Shown here: one piece after another, positions 19,861 through 29,015 of the stretch
How the letters are laid out: every line of letters begins with the position of its first letter
Position numbering within the stretch: position 1 is the stretch's first letter
NCBI GenBank assembly: GCA_049322915.1
Contig: JBMOPW010000034.1
Coordinates: 351,670 to 415,669 of the forward strand
Source of the DNA: Candidatus Zhuqueibacterota bacterium
Lineage (GTDB): Bacteria > Zhuqueibacterota > Zhuqueibacteria > Thermofontimicrobiales > Thermofontimicrobiaceae
DNA: 64,000 nt
Reading direction: 5' to 3'
Notes under the pieces: model-generated
What the model saw: only the letters and a program-made list of their open reading frames with translations
Databases searched by the model: none
Told to the model about the DNA's origin: nothing
Translations under genes and position numbers: made by a program

Positions 19861-21225
19861 ATGAGAAAATATATCATCATCGTCGCGCTGCTGCTCCTGC
19901 TTCTGCCGGGTGCGCAGGCCCAGGAGCGGCAAATTTCCATCACCGTGTACAACAATGATCTCGGCGTTGTCAAAGATATCCGTTCACTGGATTTGCCGCG
20001 AGGTATCTCCCTGGTAAATTATCAGGATGTCGCTGCATCCATCGATCCGACGTCTGTGCATTTTAAATCCCTGACCACGCCGGACAAAGTCGCAATACTC
20101 GAGCAGAACTACGAATTCGATCTGGTCAATTCGGACAAAATTGCCGAACGATACCTGGACAGGATTGTCACAATTCAATTGAAGGACAAAGAAGAAGTGA
20201 GCGGCAAGCTGCTGAGCCACGAGGCTGGCAACCTGGTTCTACAGACCGATACCGGCGCTGTCAAAGTGATTTCCGCGTCCCAGATCGTTCAGGTCAATTT
20301 TCCCAAATTGCCCGAAGGCTTGATCACGCGGCCCACGCTCGTCTGGTCGATTCACAATGAAAAGCCGGGGAACCACCAGACAGAGGTCAGCTATCTGGCA
20401 TCGCGTATTAGCTGGCACGCGGAATACGTCGCTGTCACCAAAAACAATGACCGGCAACTGGAATTGAGCGCTTGGGTCTCCATTGATAATCGATGCGGCG
20501 CTGCATTTCCCGAGGCGACCCTGAAACTCATCGCCGGAGAGGTCAATCGCGCCATTGCGCCGCGACCCTTTCGCGCCGGCAAAGCCTACGCCATGGAAGC
20601 CCTGGATATGGCTGCGCCCCAATTCGAGGAAAAATCGTTCTTCGAATACCACATGTACACGCTCAACCAGAAATCAACACTGCTGAATAATCAAATCAAA
20701 CAGATATCTCTCTTCCCCACGACCGCAGTCGCCATCGAAAAAATTTATACCTACGAAGCTGCAAAATCCGCTGAAGACGTCCGCGTGAATTTGAAATTTA
20801 AAAACAGCAAGGAGAGCGGCCTGGGCATGCCATTGCCGGCCGGCAAGGTGCGCGTGTATCAGGAAGACCCGGCGGATAAATCATTGGAATTCATCGGCGA
20901 GGATATGATTGTTCATACTGCCAAAGATGAAAATGTGCGTCTCTATCTGGGCAATGCATTCGATATTACGCCGGAACGCACCATGCTGAAGAAAACCCCC
21001 ACGGGCAAGAACAGCCATGAAGAGGTCTGGCAGGTGAAAATCAGAAATCACAAAGATGCGCCTGTCACGGTTCAGGTCATTGAAAATTTTTACGGTTTCT
21101 GGAAAATCGCGAAATCATCGCATGAGTACAAACAGCCGGATAGCCGAACAGTGGTGTTCAATCTGCCAATAGAAAAAGACGCAGAAGCCGTGCTGGAATA
21201 TACCATCACCTTCACGATTAAATAA
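19861..21225 (+). CDS. Secreted DUF4139-domain protein
   Basis: Signal peptide; ITVYNNDLGVVKD, ILEQNYEFDL, LPEGLITRPTL, ISWHAEY, FFEYHMY, GLGMPLPAGKVRVY; GGAGG SD. Confidence 0.85.
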   Translation: MRKYIIIVALLLLLLPGAQAQERQISITVYNNDLGVVKDIRSLDLPRGISLVNYQDVAASIDPTSVHFKSLTTPDKVAILEQNYEFDLVNSDKIAERYLDRIVTIQLKDKEEVSGKLLSHEAGNLVLQTDTGAVKVISASQIVQVNFPKLPEGLITRPTLVWSIHNEKPGNHQTEVSYLASRISWHAEYVAVTKNNDRQLELSAWVSIDNRCGAAFPEATLKLIAGEVNRAIAPRPFRAGKAYAMEALDMAAPQFEEKSFFEYHMYTLNQKSTLLNNQIKQISLFPTTAVAIEKIYTYEAAKSAEDVRVNLKFKNSKESGLGMPLPAGKVRVYQEDPADKSLEFIGEDMIVHTAKDENVRLYLGNAFDITPERTMLKKTPTGKNSHEEVWQVKIRNHKDAPVTVQVIENFYGFWKIAKSSHEYKQPDSRTVVFNLPIEKDAEAVLEYTITFTIK

Positions 21226-21354
21226 TCCGGGCGCAATGGTGCGGGTCGTCTCCGATGTCGGAATTTCCGGAATGCGCCATTTGCCCGACTCCACATTCCG
21301 ATGGAGGGCCGGCGCTTTTCATGCGACTCCGCCACTGCGACAAAGCGATAACGA

Positions 21355-23466
21355 GTGAACGATTCAATTAAACATAAACTTGATCATTCAGTCCAATATC
21401 TCAAAGGGATTGGAGAAAAGCGCGCCGCTGCATTGGCTGAAAACAACATCCACACCGCGTGGGATTTGCTGCAATATTTTCCCCGGCGCTATCTGGATCG
21501 AACCAAAATGCCGGCCATCAAAGATGTGAAGCCCGAGGACATGGTCACTGTTATCGGAAAAATCATCACCTGCGGCATTCAAAAAGGCCGACGCTCCCGT
21601 TATATCGTCACGCTTTCGGATGGCACCGGCTACCTCACCTGCGTCTGGTTTCATCAGATTAATTACTGGCAGAAAAAATTCAGCGTTGGCCAGGTCATCG
21701 CTGTGAGCGGCAAAGTTGGCTATTTCGGCGGCAAACAGATTGTGCACCCGGAACTGGATGTGCTATCCGAGGACGGCGATGATCTTGAAAATCAGCTCCT
21801 GAATACCGGCAAAATCATCCCGCTTTATTCCACCACAGAATCGCTGAGCCGGATGGGACTGGACAGTCGGGGCATTCGAAAAATCATTCGCTCCGTGGTG
21901 AAAAGCTATATGTCGGAATTGGTCGAAGTTTTGCCGGGGTCCATCATTGAAAAATATCGGCTCATGTCCTTTCAACAGGCCATCGAAATGATCCATTTGC
22001 CGGCCAATTTCGATCTATTGAAACAGGCGCAGCATCGTTTGAAATTCAATGAGCTTTTCTTTTTAGAATACCTGCTGGCGTTGCGCAGGCAGCGCATGAC
22101 GTCTCATCAGACAGGGATATCGTTCACCGAGGTCGGTGAAAAGACGAGGAAGCTGGCTGAAAAACTTCCGTTCGAGCTGACGGGAGCGCAGAAAAAAGTG
22201 TTGAGAGAAATTCGCCAGGACATGAAAAAGCCTACCCCCATGTATCGGCTGCTTCAGGGCGACGTGGGTTCGGGCAAGACCATTGTGGCTCTGGTGACGA
22301 TGCTGATCGCGATTGAAAATGGGTACCAGGCCGCGTTGATGGCGCCCACGGAAATTTTGGCGGAGCAGCATTACCTGCATTTTCACCACATGCTGGAAGA
22401 TCTGCACGTCACTGTGAAACTGCTGATCGGCGCTCCAAAGACGAAGGAGCGGTTGGAATTGCTAGAGGATATTTCGTCAGGGGACTGTGATATCGTCATC
22501 GGCACCCACGCGTTGATTCAGGAGGCAGTCACGTTCAAAAAGCTGGGATTGATCGTCATCGATGAACAGCATCGGTTTGGCGTGGCGCAACGGTCGCTGA
22601 TCTTCGACAAAGGCGCGAATCCGGATGTGCTCATCATGACTGCAACGCCAATCCCTCGCACTCTGTCGCTCACTGTGTACGGCGATCTCGATGTCTCCAG
22701 AATTGACGAAATGCCGGCCGGCCGGAAGAAGATCATCACATCATGGCGTTATGCGGACAAACGCCAGGATATTTATGAATTCGTTCGCTCGAAGCTGGAA
22801 CTCGGGCAGCAAGCGTACATTGTCTTCCCGCTCATCGAGGAATCGGAAAAATTGGATTTGCGCGCCGCGACTGAGAGTTATGAACACCTGTCCAAAACAG
22901 TGTTCACTCATAACAAAATTGCCCTGCTCCATGGCCGCATGAAGAGCGAAGAGAAAGACGACATCATGGCGACGTTCAAGCGCGGCGAGATTCAGGTGCT
23001 AGTGAGCACAACGGTCATTGAAGTCGGCGTGGATGTGCCGGCGGCCACCATCATGGTCATTGAAAATGCGGAGCGCTTCGGATTGACCCAGTTGCATCAA
23101 CTGCGGGGCCGTGTTGGGCGCGGCGCCGAGCAATCCTATTGCATTATGATCGCCGATTCCCGGCTCACGGACGACGCCCGGAAACGTCTCGATACCATGA
23201 AAGAGACGACCGATGGTTTCAAAATCGCCGAAGTGGACCTGGAATTGCGCGGCCCGGGTGAATTTTTTGGCACACGACAACACGGATTGCCGGAGCTCAA
23301 AATTGCCGACCCGGTTCACGATATGCCCATTTTGCTGCAGGCAAGGCGCGCTGCATTCGGTGTGTTGGAATCGGTTCAGGAGTACGAATTCATGACGAGG
23401 CAGATGCACGAACTCTCATTTTACAATGATTTCAGGGACAAAATTCAAATCATGCGAATCGGATAG
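21355..23466 (+). CDS. recG: ATP-dependent DNA helicase RecG
   Basis: Wedge/OB domain; LLQGDVGSGKT, MAPTEILAEQH, DEQHRFG, MTATPIPRTL, QLHQLRGRVGRG, RGPGEFFGTRQHG. Confidence 0.98.
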   Translation: MNDSIKHKLDHSVQYLKGIGEKRAAALAENNIHTAWDLLQYFPRRYLDRTKMPAIKDVKPEDMVTVIGKIITCGIQKGRRSRYIVTLSDGTGYLTCVWFHQINYWQKKFSVGQVIAVSGKVGYFGGKQIVHPELDVLSEDGDDLENQLLNTGKIIPLYSTTESLSRMGLDSRGIRKIIRSVVKSYMSELVEVLPGSIIEKYRLMSFQQAIEMIHLPANFDLLKQAQHRLKFNELFFLEYLLALRRQRMTSHQTGISFTEVGEKTRKLAEKLPFELTGAQKKVLREIRQDMKKPTPMYRLLQGDVGSGKTIVALVTMLIAIENGYQAALMAPTEILAEQHYLHFHHMLEDLHVTVKLLIGAPKTKERLELLEDISSGDCDIVIGTHALIQEAVTFKKLGLIVIDEQHRFGVAQRSLIFDKGANPDVLIMTATPIPRTLSLTVYGDLDVSRIDEMPAGRKKIITSWRYADKRQDIYEFVRSKLELGQQAYIVFPLIEESEKLDLRAATESYEHLSKTVFTHNKIALLHGRMKSEEKDDIMATFKRGEIQVLVSTTVIEVGVDVPAATIMVIENAERFGLTQLHQLRGRVGRGAEQSYCIMIADSRLTDDARKRLDTMKETTDGFKIAEVDLELRGPGEFFGTRQHGLPELKIADPVHDMPILLQARRAAFGVLESVQEYEFMTRQMHELSFYNDFRDKIQIMRIG

Positions 23467-23568
23467 GTCGCATATCCCGGCAGAAATCGCGACATGCATG
23501 ATTTAACTGAAAAGCTGTATTTTGGAAATGTCACCCGATCGTTCAAATTAATGACAATAAAGGGAGGG

Positions 23569-23871
23569 ATGAACGTGGATCGATTATCGCAGGAAGAAAA
23601 AAACAAATTCCTGTTCTCCTACGTGGTCATGTCGCATCAGACTTCCGCGTTGGTCAATCTGGGGCTTGTCAAAGACCCGACCACTCAGAAGACTGAGGTC
23701 AACCTGGATAATGCCCGATTGGCGATTGACGTGCTGGAAATGCTTGCGGACAAGACGAAGAACAATCTATCCAAAGACGAGCACGATTTTCTGCAATCCA
23801 CTTTGCAGCAGATTCGTCTGGCATTTATCAAAGTAGCGGAGAAAGCGGATTCAGCCGACAGACCGAAATGA
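23569..23871 (+). CDS. DUF1844-family protein
   Basis: ALVNLG...DP.T...NLDNARLAIDVLEMLADKTKNNLSKDE; GGGAGGG SD (start ATG 23569 or GTG 23575). Confidence 0.85.
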   Translation: MNVDRLSQEEKNKFLFSYVVMSHQTSALVNLGLVKDPTTQKTEVNLDNARLAIDVLEMLADKTKNNLSKDEHDFLQSTLQQIRLAFIKVAEKADSADRPK

Positions 23872-24020
23872 ACCATTGCGCGCGAGCCGTCGCCATCGCC
23901 GGCTGACTTCTGCTGGAACAGCGCCCGCTCCACTGATCGATTAAGCCAGGCTGCGGCCGGCTTGCCCGCCATCCGCTTCAGAGATTGATTCGACTGTTTT
24001 CTACCGCGAAGCACAGTGGT

Positions 24021-24055
24021 GACTTTGAGGCAAGAATACATGCCTGAATAGTCAC
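24021..24055 (+). repeat. 35-nt dispersed repeat, copy 2
   Basis: GACTTTGAGGCAAGAATACATGCCTGAATAGTCAC. Confidence 0.85.
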
Positions 24056-24365
24056 ACTCTTTTCATTTTTTTCCATAGAAGTTTAGTAACAGACCCACCT
24101 CAATATTTGAGCCTCGTGCATAGGCAAAGTTTGCTCAAGACTTTTAAGTTTTACAATTATTGATTCGATCAGTCATCAATTCTCACTGCGTGCATCGTGG
24201 TTTATTCTCTTTAAGTCGTACTATCTTCTGATGACTGAGCTTCTCTTCCTCCCTGAGAATTATTTTCTCCATCCCTTCTGTATTTGAAATTTTAGCTTGA
24301 TTTAATATATTTTTTTTTTTAACTTGGCAGTCATTTTTGTAATTTACTTTTTGAATCGATCTTGC

Positions 24366-25145
24366 ATGGCTGAACGAAAATCGACACGCGAACACTGGGA
24401 AAAATTTTGGCGGGAAAAGGAACAGATTGAAGACGTTTATTCGAATGAAGAACGTATCTATCACAATATCAAGCCATTCACTCCCATTAAAAATAAACGC
24501 ATTCTTGAGGTAGGCGCAGGCAGCGCCCGCGATAGCTTTCAATTCGCACACGACCAGGCGATGGTCTATGTGCTGGACTATTCGCCACAAGCGCTGGCCA
24601 TTGTCCGGAAATTGAATGCTCAAAGTCCGGCAAAACTGAATTTGATCCAGTCCGATGCGTTTCATATCCCTGTCCCGGATAACACTTTTGACATTGTGTT
24701 TCACCAGGGATTGTTAGAGCATTTCAGGGATCCCCGGCCCCTCATTCAGGAGAACTTCCGAGTGCTCAAACCCGGCGGCCTGCTGCTCATCGATGTGCCG
24801 CAACGATATCATGTTTACACCCTCATCAAGCACATTTTGATTTTGCTGAACAGATGGTTTGCCGGCTGGGAAACTGAATTTTCCATTCGTGAGTTAAAAA
24901 ATCTGATGCAACAGCAGGGATTCGCAATCAAGTTTTGTTACGGCCGCTGGATGCGTCCCAGTCTTTTTTACCGGATCATGCGGGAGGCAATGAAGAAATT
25001 GAACATCAGACTTCCGCTTTATCCCGAAGGCTTCCCATGGACGCGACGGCTGCGCGATTACCTGAGATGTAAATTCATCGAGAAACGCTGGGCGTTTTAT
25101 ACGTTTCTGGACATCGGGGTTATTGGTCAAAAACAAGGGGATTGA
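24366..25145 (+). CDS. Class I SAM-dependent methyltransferase
   Basis: Motif I ILEVGAGSA, LDYSP, DAFHIP..DNTFDIV, GLLEHF, RVLKPGG. Confidence 0.92.
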   Translation: MAERKSTREHWEKFWREKEQIEDVYSNEERIYHNIKPFTPIKNKRILEVGAGSARDSFQFAHDQAMVYVLDYSPQALAIVRKLNAQSPAKLNLIQSDAFHIPVPDNTFDIVFHQGLLEHFRDPRPLIQENFRVLKPGGLLLIDVPQRYHVYTLIKHILILLNRWFAGWETEFSIRELKNLMQQQGFAIKFCYGRWMRPSLFYRIMREAMKKLNIRLPLYPEGFPWTRRLRDYLRCKFIEKRWAFYTFLDIGVIGQKQGD

Positions 25146-25156
25146 ATCTGGGAACC

Positions 25157-26275
25157 ATGGGGTATCGCATACTTGTAATCAACTGGCAAGACATCCGAAA
25201 TCCATTGGGCGGCGGAGCGGAAGTTCATTTACACGAAATTTTCAAACGAATCGCGCAGCAGGGACACGAAGTCACCCTGCTCTGTTGCCTGCATAAAGAG
25301 TTACCGTCGGAGGAGACAGTCGATTCGATCAAAATTATCCGGCGCGGGAATCGCTATTTCTTCAATTACCTGGTACCGTTCATTTACCGGCGTCTCTCCC
25401 GGCGCTATTCTTTTGATGTGGTGATCGATGACATCAACAAAATTCCCTTTTACACGCCGCTGTTTGTGAAGAGACCGTTGTTGGGCATCATCCATCACCT
25501 GTTCGGTTCGAGCATTTTCATCGAAGCCCCGCTGCCGGTGGCGCTCTACGTCACTTTTGCCGAATGGCTCATCCCCAAAATGTACCGCACGACTCCGATG
25601 GTGGTGGTTTCGAATAGCACCCGTCAGGAATTGGTCGAAAAGGGGTTCCCGGAGGATTCAATCGACCTTGTCTACAATGCGGTGGATGTGACGGCGTACC
25701 AGGCGGCGCCGGAAAAAAAATCGAATCAGCCGGTTGTCGGTTATCTGGGCCGAATCAAGAAATACAAAAGCGTCAACCATCTGATCCATGCGTTTCAGAA
25801 AGTGAAGCTCGAGATACCGGAAGCGTCACTGCTCATTGTCGGGGATGGCGATTACCTGCCGCGCCTGAAAAAGCTGGTTCGCGATTTGAAATTATCAGAT
25901 AGCGTCACGTTCACAGGCGCCACCTATCATCAGCAGAAGATCGATTACCTGAATCGAATGTGGCTGATGGTGAATCCCTCACCCAAAGAGGGCTGGGGAT
26001 TGACGGTCATCGAAGGCAATGCCTGCGGCATCCCGGTGATTGCGGCGAATTCCCCCGGTCTCCGCGATTCGGTGGTGGATGGCCAGACCGGCCTGCTCTA
26101 TCCCTACGGGGACGTGGATCGGCTGGCAGAGCGCATCATCACCTTATTAAAAGATCATTCGTTAAGAAATAGATTGGCAGCTCACTGTTCACCCTGGGCG
26201 GAAAAATTCAATTGGGAAAATTCAGCGCATGATATGCTTCATGCGATTGAAAAAGCTTTGACTCGGAGGTTTTAG
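25157..26275 (+). CDS. Glycosyltransferase family 4 (GT-B)
   Basis: NWQDIRNPLGGGAEV, YLGRIKKYK, IVGDG, EGWGLTVIE (E-x7-E), GLRDSVVDGQTG. Confidence 0.93.
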   Translation: MGYRILVINWQDIRNPLGGGAEVHLHEIFKRIAQQGHEVTLLCCLHKELPSEETVDSIKIIRRGNRYFFNYLVPFIYRRLSRRYSFDVVIDDINKIPFYTPLFVKRPLLGIIHHLFGSSIFIEAPLPVALYVTFAEWLIPKMYRTTPMVVVSNSTRQELVEKGFPEDSIDLVYNAVDVTAYQAAPEKKSNQPVVGYLGRIKKYKSVNHLIHAFQKVKLEIPEASLLIVGDGDYLPRLKKLVRDLKLSDSVTFTGATYHQQKIDYLNRMWLMVNPSPKEGWGLTVIEGNACGIPVIAANSPGLRDSVVDGQTGLLYPYGDVDRLAERIITLLKDHSLRNRLAAHCSPWAEKFNWENSAHDMLHAIEKALTRRF

Positions 26276-26278
26276 CTC

Positions 26279-28996
26279 ATGCAAAACGACAAAAGGTTAA
26301 ATCGCATTTTAGCGTTTTTTGTCTTTCTTGTTTCACTCGTTGTTTATTTGAAAACCGTCGCCCCTACCACATCGTTCTGGGACTGCGGTGAATTCATCGC
26401 TTGCTCCTACATTCTGGGCGTGCCTCATCCGCCCGGCGCGCCGCTGTACATTCTCGTTGGCAGGATTTTCAGCATGCTTCCTCTTGCCGCGGATATCGGA
26501 CTTCGGGTCAATATCGTCTCGTCACTCTCCAGCAGCTTGACCATCATGTTCACCTACCTCATCATTGTCCGATTGGTGAGTATGTTTCGCGGTCGTCCTT
26601 CAGATACTCTCAATAAAATCATCGTCTACGGCAGCGGTGTGATCGGCGCTCTGACCTTTGCCTTCACCGATAGTTTCTGGTTCAATGCCGTGGAAGCCGA
26701 AGTCTATGCCATCAGTATTCTGTTCACCGCCGTGGTCCTGTTGCTCGCCCTTGTCTGGTGGGAGAAAGCCGACGAACCGAGCAGCGATAAATATATTTTG
26801 ATATTAGCCTACGCCGTGGGGATGGTCATTGGCGTTCACCTGCTCAGCATTCTGGCGTTGCCGGCGCTGTTCGTGATTTTCTATTTTCGAAAATACAAAA
26901 AACTGGAATGGACGCCGTTTCTGACTTTCACGTTCATCTCGGTGCTGATCTTCATCGTCATCTATCCCGGCATTGTGAAGTGGTTGCCGAATCTGGCTTT
27001 GTTCATCAACAAACAGACCAGTTCCACAATGACAGCCATCATCTTTCTTCTCCTGACCGCGGCGCTCATCTACGCCCTGGCCAGGTCCATTATCAGCCGA
27101 AATCGCACGGTATTTCTGGCGCTGGCCTCCTTCCTGCTCATCATCATCGGCGTATCCACTTACACAGCCATTTACATCCGCTCCAACCTGAATCCGGCCA
27201 TCGATGAAAACGACCCGGAAACCATGGCCAATATGGTGAGCTATCTCAACCGAGAGCAATATGGCGACTGGAGCATCATGGAACGGCGCGCCCCGCTATG
27301 GAAGTATCAGATCGAAAAGATGTTCATCCGCTATTTCAACTGGCAATATCTCGGCCAGGGAACCACGCTGGACGATGACTCACTGATCGTGGAAAATTAC
27401 AGTTTAAAAGGCTTGTGGGGGTTGCCCTTCCTCATCGGTCTGATCGGCATGTTCCACCACTTCAGGAAAGATTGGAAACATGCGTCTTCAATCATGATGC
27501 TATTCCTCTGGACCGGGCTGGCTATTGTCATTTATCTCAATCAGGAGGATCCGCAACCGCGCGAACGAGACTATGTCTATGTCGGGGCGTTCTTTGCGTT
27601 CGCACTGTGGATTGGCATCGGCGTGACCGCAATCTCGGACTATGTGCTCAATTCATTCAAAAAAATGAAGAGCCAGCAAAAGCTGATTCTTGCGTCTCTG
27701 ACGATGTTCATTCTTTTGCTCGCCGGTCCCATCAATTTGCTATCCTATAATTTCGAATCCCACGATCGCTCCGGCAATTATGTGGCCTACGACTATTCTT
27801 TCAATATTTTGCAGAGCTGCGAACCGAACGCCATCCTGTTCACCAATGGAGACAACGACACCTTCCCGCTCTGGTTCCTGCAGGAAGTGTACGGTATCCG
27901 CAAGGACATCCGGGTGGTGAATCTCAGCTTGCTGAACACGCACTGGTACATCAAGCAGCTTCGCGATCAGGAACCCAAAGTGCCGATCAATATGAGGGAC
28001 AATCAGATCGAACGGCTGCAGCCCCAATATTGGCCTGAAGCCAAAACAGTCCGGCTGGATGTGCCCAAAGAAGCCTATCTGCGCGATATGAACGACGTGG
28101 TGGAACAGAAACAGCTCATGGAAAACATTGAAGAACCGCCAGCCATCACCTTCGAGTTGGAGCCCACGCTCCAGGGTCAGGGTATCCGGGTGCAGGACAT
28201 CATGATCATCAATATCATCCAATCCAACCGATTCCGGCGTCCCATCTACTTCGCTCTGACGGTCTCGCGGGATAACCAGCTTAACATGTTCAAATATTTA
28301 CGTATGGACGGACTCGTCTTCAAAGTGGTCACGTACACGGATGAACCTCTGTCGCCGACGCATCTTGAGAACAACCTGTTCGAGAAATTCCGATACAGAA
28401 ATCTCGCCAATCCCGAAGTCTATTACAACGACAATATCAAGGGCTTGCTGAGAAATTACCAGGGCGCGTTCTACAGCCTCGCCCAGTATTATGGCAAAGA
28501 AAAGATGTACGATCGGATGGCCGCTGTTCTCGATACGCTGAATAAAGTCATGCCCAACTCTGTCATTCCCATGCGCAAAGAACTCCAGTTCGAAATGGGG
28601 CGCATGTACTACCTTGCGAACCAGCCTGAGAAATTCAGAGATGTGCTATTCCAATTGATCAAGCGCAGCGATGTACCGTTGAATGAACGGCTGCAGTACG
28701 CCGGCTGGTATTCACAGCTCTATCCGCAGAATGCAACGCCGGTTCTGGAATACGTTCAGATGCTTGTGAAAGAATTTCCAAATCAGGTCGACTCCTATTA
28801 TTGGCTGGCCGGGCATTATTTGAGAACAAAACAGTACCAGCAAGGGATCGACATTTTGAACCAATGGCTCGCTATCAAGCCGGACGACAAAACGGCCAAA
28901 TCGCAAGTGGAGCAGTTTCAGAAGTTGATCACGACTTCGGGCAAGGATACATCAATATCAGAGAATATACCGGCAGACACGTCTAAATCCGAGTGA
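26279..28996 (+). CDS. DUF2723 / TMEM260-like GT-C membrane glycosyltransferase with C-terminal TPRs, copy 1
   Basis: APTTSFWDCGEF...LGVPHPPGAPLY, FWFNAVEAEVYA, QPRERDY, FTNGDNDTFPLW, VVNLSLLNT; about 11 TM helices; TPR-like tail. Confidence 0.9.
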   Translation: MQNDKRLNRILAFFVFLVSLVVYLKTVAPTTSFWDCGEFIACSYILGVPHPPGAPLYILVGRIFSMLPLAADIGLRVNIVSSLSSSLTIMFTYLIIVRLVSMFRGRPSDTLNKIIVYGSGVIGALTFAFTDSFWFNAVEAEVYAISILFTAVVLLLALVWWEKADEPSSDKYILILAYAVGMVIGVHLLSILALPALFVIFYFRKYKKLEWTPFLTFTFISVLIFIVIYPGIVKWLPNLALFINKQTSSTMTAIIFLLLTAALIYALARSIISRNRTVFLALASFLLIIIGVSTYTAIYIRSNLNPAIDENDPETMANMVSYLNREQYGDWSIMERRAPLWKYQIEKMFIRYFNWQYLGQGTTLDDDSLIVENYSLKGLWGLPFLIGLIGMFHHFRKDWKHASSIMMLFLWTGLAIVIYLNQEDPQPRERDYVYVGAFFAFALWIGIGVTAISDYVLNSFKKMKSQQKLILASLTMFILLLAGPINLLSYNFESHDRSGNYVAYDYSFNILQSCEPNAILFTNGDNDTFPLWFLQEVYGIRKDIRVVNLSLLNTHWYIKQLRDQEPKVPINMRDNQIERLQPQYWPEAKTVRLDVPKEAYLRDMNDVVEQKQLMENIEEPPAITFELEPTLQGQGIRVQDIMIINIIQSNRFRRPIYFALTVSRDNQLNMFKYLRMDGLVFKVVTYTDEPLSPTHLENNLFEKFRYRNLANPEVYYNDNIKGLLRNYQGAFYSLAQYYGKEKMYDRMAAVLDTLNKVMPNSVIPMRKELQFEMGRMYYLANQPEKFRDVLFQLIKRSDVPLNERLQYAGWYSQLYPQNATPVLEYVQMLVKEFPNQVDSYYWLAGHYLRTKQYQQGIDILNQWLAIKPDDKTAKSQVEQFQKLITTSGKDTSISENIPADTSKSE

Positions 28997-29015
28997 CGCG
29001 GTGCGGAGACAAGGT

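Noticed and set aside
24183..24704. 173-aa minus-strand ORF
   Set aside because: Antisense to the well-supported methyltransferase, with no motifs
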